Shown here: positions 60,101-64,000 of the stretch, piece after piece
Layout: every line of letters starts with the position of its first letter
Numbering within the stretch: position 1 is the first letter of the stretch
NCBI GenBank assembly: GCA_000146045.2
Contig: BK006938.2
Span: forward strand, 1,024,001 to 1,088,000
Source of the DNA: TPA_inf: Saccharomyces
Lineage: Eukaryota
Length of the DNA stretch: 64,000 bases
Direction: 5' to 3'
Notes under the pieces: model-generated
Told to the model about the DNA's origin: nothing
What the model saw: only the letters and a program-made list of their open reading frames with translations
The model's database searches: none
Position numbers and translations under genes: made by a program

Positions 60101-60316
60101 GCCAACTTGTCGTTTTATATCAGAATCATCACTGACTGGTATGTCTGTGATGGATGGCAAAGCTTTAGCGTTCGCATCTGTATCTAGCTTCCTCAAACTA
60201 TTAGCTTGATTTTGAGCACTGGTAAGTGCTAACGTATCTACGTCATCTTTGGGTCCAGACGGAAGTCTCTGTTCATTGGTTATGTTATCAGAAGGGGCTG
60301 TGGTGTTCTCAGACAT
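57128..60316 (-). CDS. SUM1: DNA-binding repressor of middle sporulation genes (AT-hook protein)
   Basis: 1062-aa ORF with AT-hook motifs (RGPGRPRKD, KRKRGRPPKK) and a poly-Ala/Thr stretch. Confidence 0.9.
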   Translation of the reverse strand: MSENTTAPSDNITNEQRLPSGPKDDVDTLALTSAQNQANSLRKLDTDANAKALPSITDIPVSDDSDIKRQVGSGFGSNPLHIKDSEAFPHSSIEALKEGMDKVTKQCNDLKTALLSKDTSLTDSVQDLFNSLKVLSHNQSVLENKLDDVMKNQVNTDILVNNLNERLNKLSTMLQNTSKVNHSNLLIENSSNNTSSQHNTSSSRRGPGRPRKDASTSTMNKLVSNAASVNLKSASNQGAPFSPVNITLPTAVVQTSKSKRYFVEPSTKQESLLLSAPSSSRDDADMSLTSVPQRTNNENGKERPSTANSSSITPTPVTPNNLIQIKRKRGRPPKKRTVETMISNSTDTIDKSDASNRIKNEIPINSLLPSSKFHQIPSSPSNPVSQPAPVRTSRSATQEIDIKSLELASLISTNGDPNAEDSNTTDTVHNNVEGKVNVEENKTEKEKIITIKSSSENSGNNTTNNNNTDNVIKFSANSDINSDIRRLMVNDQFSLSYDASGNITVKLPPVSSPAAATAAAAAAVTSEMNRQQRELDKRRDSREKMLVNMKYNDRDKAKSFMESNKKLLKAMKEEERRKRMTSIIHDNHLNLNLNEISTRSKIKSAEKPTTKGSSMSPKPRSASISGISDHQQEGYQPLEQEKLVDIDNEGSNANSDSLKMGLTISAADTVHKVGIQSMLNSGEEAITKENAEYERKTPGDEETTTFVPLENSQPSDTIRKRTAGDDGALDQTENTSISPKKRRTEDHTKGEEDEGERGVGNSGTLATVENVSGDISADLSKGTSSIHNDTESANDSSNGNGNLGLGTESRNTLLTATPIELICREGFFYRRDIPDVPITTGAYLEFKFKAKEEELINSSINEEDYAAKSKHEKMNAHFFKPDIQEETELAFEILSKTTLTEKYVNSLEYFLMEFRWENKLVGLGLKLRESKRTWQRRKALFALFEFWRDQSRDKRRFHNYTILHAVKEMENYRIFINRSVSWFYNHITLLKMILYDLCDNVTTQWREWMFPHNETLPALGQDGINEDNLNETIDNMLIFDFLDDGSENNQVKYSRIIPPDIR

Positions 60317-60521
60317 CCCCGCAACAAACGAATTTTGTTAATTATGTATGAAACTTTTCGTTTGATCTCAATAATACCACTAGCGACTAAATTTTTATGA
60401 TACTTAGCTACTTTAAACAAGTCCCTTGTGCTCTGTTTGCTGACACTTTTGATAAAATATGCCTGTGTATAATTCTTTTAGCAGTTTATTTCAAACACAA
60501 ATGGTATTAAAAGGATAGATG

Positions 60522-60536
60522 AAAAAAAAAAAAAAA
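60522..60536. repeat. A15 tract in the SUM1/TFB1 divergent promoter; a second tract of 14 A lies at 60686-60699
   Basis: Both homopolymers are read directly, about 150 bp apart. Confidence 0.9.
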
Positions 60537-60814
60537 TTAAAGCCACTAGTAATGATACAATCGTGGTATCACAAGCGCTGAATGAAACAAGTGTGGCTAT
60601 CTATAGCGGATGCAAGTGGAGAACTTGTGAATCCAAACTGAAATATTTTGCCATCATTTGTTGTCCTTTCCCTTTTCCATTCAGGAAAAAAAAAAAAAAT
60701 TTGACGTCGCCGTCGCGTCGCAGTCATATAATTACAGCAATTTATCTTGTTGAACGACGCAAATTAATGGAAATTGTGACTTACATAGTAAGTATTAGTA
60801 AACGTAGTTAAGGC

Positions 60815-60820
60815 CACGTG
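60815..60820. promoter_or_regulatory. E-box CACGTG in the context CCACGTGGGAAAG (Cbf1/Pho4-type) in the SUM1/TFB1 intergenic region
   Basis: aggccacgtgggaaag is read directly. Confidence 0.35.
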
Positions 60821-61064
60821 GGAAAGATATGAAAGGAGTGTAAGTAATGGATATCGGTCTAACGAAAATGGAAACCAATCTTTAAAAATGATAGTATGAT
60901 TCGACAGTAAACTAGAAAAGCCACAACCCGTGGGACATGATAAGGCTGCTCGTTTTTGACGCAATTTTTAGACAATACTGAAATTTAGCATAATAAGCTT
61001 TCCCAGTGAAAGTAATAATATTTAACCTAGGGTAGGGGTAGGGAAAAAATAAAAGTAAACCATA

Positions 61065-62993
61065 ATGTCACATTCCGGAGCTGCCATTTTTGAGAAAGTT
61101 TCTGGGATAATTGCCATAAATGAGGATGTTTCACCCGCAGAATTGACATGGAGGTCTACGGACGGTGACAAGGTTCACACAGTTGTCTTATCCACTATTG
61201 ACAAGTTACAAGCTACCCCTGCTTCCAGTGAAAAAATGATGTTGAGGCTAATCGGGAAAGTGGATGAGTCAAAAAAGAGAAAAGACAACGAAGGAAATGA
61301 GGTTGTGCCCAAACCGCAACGTCATATGTTTTCGTTTAACAATAGAACAGTTATGGATAATATCAAGATGACCCTTCAACAAATCATCTCACGGTATAAA
61401 GATGCAGATATCTACGAAGAAAAGAGAAGAAGAGAGGAGTCTGCGCAACACACAGAAACACCAATGAGCTCTTCTTCTGTTACTGCAGGGACTCCCACAC
61501 CACATCTCGATACACCACAATTGAATAATGGGGCTCCGTTGATTAATACAGCCAAACTAGATGATTCTCTCTCTAAAGAAAAATTGTTGACCAATTTAAA
61601 GCTACAGCAATCTTTACTGAAAGGAAACAAAGTTCTAATGAAGGTTTTTCAGGAAACAGTCATTAACGCCGGTTTGCCTCCATCTGAATTTTGGTCAACT
61701 AGAATTCCGTTATTGAGGGCTTTTGCCTTATCTACTTCTCAAAAAGTTGGGCCTTACAACGTTTTGTCAACTATCAAGCCGGTGGCTTCATCGGAAAACA
61801 AAGTCAATGTTAATTTGTCAAGAGAAAAAATTTTGAATATTTTTGAGAACTATCCAATTGTAAAGAAAGCTTACACTGATAATGTGCCCAAAAATTTCAA
61901 AGAACCAGAGTTCTGGGCAAGGTTCTTCTCTTCGAAGTTATTCAGAAAATTAAGGGGTGAAAAGATCATGCAAAATGATAGAGGTGACGTAATCATTGAC
62001 AGGTACTTGACATTGGATCAAGAGTTCGACAGAAAAGATGATGACATGCTATTGCATCCTGTGAAAAAAATTATAGATTTAGATGGTAACATACAGGACG
62101 ACCCAGTTGTACGAGGCAACAGGCCCGACTTCACTATGCAGCCAGGTGTGGATATTAATGGTAATAGCGATGGTACCGTGGACATCTTAAAGGGTATGAA
62201 TAGATTGAGTGAAAAAATGATTATGGCTTTGAAGAATGAGTATTCAAGGACAAATCTACAGAACAAATCTAATATTACAAACGATGAGGAAGATGAAGAT
62301 AATGATGAAAGAAATGAACTGAAAATCGATGACTTAAACGAAAGCTACAAGACAAACTATGCAATCATACATCTGAAAAGGAACGCACATGAAAAGACAA
62401 CCGACAACGATGCGAAAAGCTCGGCAGACTCGATAAAGAATGCAGATTTGAAGGTTTCTAATCAACAAATGTTACAACAGTTGTCATTGGTCATGGATAA
62501 TTTAATTAATAAGCTAGACTTGAACCAAGTAGTTCCTAACAACGAAGTCAGCAACAAGATCAATAAAAGAGTCATAACTGCAATCAAGATTAACGCCAAA
62601 CAGGCTAAGCATAACAATGTTAATTCAGCACTCGGCTCTTTTGTCGACAACACTTCTCAAGCAAATGAATTAGAGGTGAAAAGTACCCTACCAATAGACC
62701 TATTAGAAAGTTGTAGAATGCTACACACAACGTGCTGTGAATTTCTAAAGCACTTTTATATTCATTTTCAGAGCGGTGAACAAAAGCAAGCCAGTACCGT
62801 CAAAAAACTTTATAATCATTTGAAGGACTGTATTGAAAAGCTGAATGAGCTATTTCAAGACGTCCTTAATGGTGATGGTGAATCTATGTCAAACACATGT
62901 ACCGCCTATTTGAAGCCAGTTTTGAACTCCATTACTTTGGCTACTCATAAGTACGATGAGTACTTCAACGAATATAACAACAATTCGAACTAG
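61065..62993 (+). CDS. TFB1: TFIIH core subunit (p62 homologue) with PH-like domain and BSD domains
   Basis: 642-aa ORF whose length and sequence match Tfb1. Confidence 0.9.
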   Translation: MSHSGAAIFEKVSGIIAINEDVSPAELTWRSTDGDKVHTVVLSTIDKLQATPASSEKMMLRLIGKVDESKKRKDNEGNEVVPKPQRHMFSFNNRTVMDNIKMTLQQIISRYKDADIYEEKRRREESAQHTETPMSSSSVTAGTPTPHLDTPQLNNGAPLINTAKLDDSLSKEKLLTNLKLQQSLLKGNKVLMKVFQETVINAGLPPSEFWSTRIPLLRAFALSTSQKVGPYNVLSTIKPVASSENKVNVNLSREKILNIFENYPIVKKAYTDNVPKNFKEPEFWARFFSSKLFRKLRGEKIMQNDRGDVIIDRYLTLDQEFDRKDDDMLLHPVKKIIDLDGNIQDDPVVRGNRPDFTMQPGVDINGNSDGTVDILKGMNRLSEKMIMALKNEYSRTNLQNKSNITNDEEDEDNDERNELKIDDLNESYKTNYAIIHLKRNAHEKTTDNDAKSSADSIKNADLKVSNQQMLQQLSLVMDNLINKLDLNQVVPNNEVSNKINKRVITAIKINAKQAKHNNVNSALGSFVDNTSQANELEVKSTLPIDLLESCRMLHTTCCEFLKHFYIHFQSGEQKQASTVKKLYNHLKDCIEKLNELFQDVLNGDGESMSNTCTAYLKPVLNSITLATHKYDEYFNEYNNNSN

Positions 62994-63354
62994 AAATATA
63001 AAGGCTCTCCAGTTGTTACCACTTTTTACATTCATATTTTTCATCTATTTACTGCATGTTACATATTACATAAAACTTAATTGTGTGTATTCTTCCTTTT
63101 TGGTCTTTAGTCTCTATGTAAACAATAGAAAAACGCGGGACTCGATTAACGCTGTGCTGCACTGATGCAGCCGTGCGTGTAAATAAAACATTTAACGTGA
63201 AAACGCGCGCGAATGGCTTGTGAAACAAACAAGAAACAAACGGGAAATATTTCAGCATGTGATGTGGCTGAAAATTAGCAAACGATTCGTCAAAATAAAT
63301 CAGTAATGGTGCTTTAGTTCTATTACAGCTTGCTAATGGTTCAGTAATATTTTC

Positions 63355-63363
63355 AAAAATTTT
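63355..63363 (+). promoter_or_regulatory. RRPE (AAAAATTTT) about 220 bp upstream of SSF2; a PAC-like element CTCATCGA (7/8 to CTCATCGC) at 63460-63467
   Basis: ttcaaaaattttgcc and gcatctcatcgacgg are read directly; SSF2 belongs to the ribosome biogenesis regulon. Confidence 0.5.
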
Positions 63364-63580
63364 GCCAAACAGACCTAAGCACTTGCAATACTCCAGACTG
63401 TTAGTTCAGTCATTATCTATCATCTTGGACGATTTTGCAATTTTTTAGTGTAGATGCATCTCATCGACGGGCTTGTATGAATGATATTAAATAGGCAAAA
63501 TAAACTAGTCTAGCTAATATTCGACTAAATTGCAGCTGCTAGGTCACCATCCCGCACATACCTTAGATATTTTGGAACTA

Positions 63581-64000
63581 ATGGCTAAAAGAAGGCAGAA
63601 AAAGAGAACGCATGCGCAGATCACACCCGAGCAGGAACGAGATATTCCTAAATCCATGGTAATCAGAGTGGGACAAACTTCATTGGCTAACCATTCTCTA
63701 AACCAATTAGTAAAGGATTTTCGCCAGATCATGCAACCGCATACGGCCGTAAAACTAAAAGAGCGCAAGTCCAATAAACTGAAGGATTTTGTTGTTATGT
63801 GTGGCCCATTAGGTGTTACGCATCTTTTCATGTTCACTCAATCTGAAAAAACAGGAAATGTCTCGCTAAAGATAGCTAGAACTCCACAAGGTCCTACTGT
63901 TACTTTTCAAGTATTGGACTATTCACTGGGTAGAGATATCAAAAAATTTTTGAAGAGACCTAAATCGTTAAATAATGATGATGTATTAAATCCTCCATTG
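63581..64000 (+). CDS. SSF2: 5' part (first 140 codons) of Brix-domain ribosome biogenesis factor; continues beyond the window
   Basis: ATG at 63581; the frame reads MAKRRQKKRTHAQITPEQERDIPKSMVIRVGQTSLANHSL and stays open to the window end. Next gene after TFB1 on chromosome IV. Confidence 0.8.
   Translation, partial: MAKRRQKKRTHAQITPEQERDIPKSMVIRVGQTSLANHSLNQLVKDFRQIMQPHTAVKLKERKSNKLKDFVVMCGPLGVTHLFMFTQSEKTGNVSLKIARTPQGPTVTFQVLDYSLGRDIKKFLKRPKSLNNDDVLNPPL

Overview
This window is a gene-dense, well-characterised stretch of the Saccharomyces cerevisiae chromosome IV right arm, the YDR282C to YDR312W block, given in chromosomal orientation. I recognise 31 protein-coding genes from their translated products and exact length agreement with the known proteins. 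In order they are MRX10 (N-terminal part), GCN2, DPP1, ZIP1, YDR286C, INM2, NSE3, RTT103, HRQ1, SRP101, SSD1, DPL1, HDA2, MHR1, SUR2, ATP5, BFR2, PRO1, CFT1, GPI11, RSC3, CPR5, HNT2, YDR306C, PMT7, SRB7, GIC2, SUM1, TFB1 and SSF2 (N-terminal part). HNT2 is the only spliced gene; its short first exon and 89-nt intron are absent from the ORF track. There is one intronless tRNA-Val(CAC) gene with a Pol III T-run terminator and no recognisable Ty LTR beside it. No CRISPR array, rDNA, Ty element or prokaryote-type system is present. I do not see evidence of a novel biological system and judge this an ordinary housekeeping region. The observations worth a second look are small-scale ones. They are a non-consensus HNT2 splice donor, a 25-bp tandem duplication downstream of SUM1, a (CTG)n tract upstream of SUR2, an exact ARS consensus match between SUR2 and ATP5, GC palindromes in two promoters, promoter motifs that fit known regulons, upstream in-frame ATGs at five genes, and two roughly 1-kb annotation-free intergenic intervals. 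Everything is inferred by eye from the sequence and from memory of yeast genes; no searches were run.
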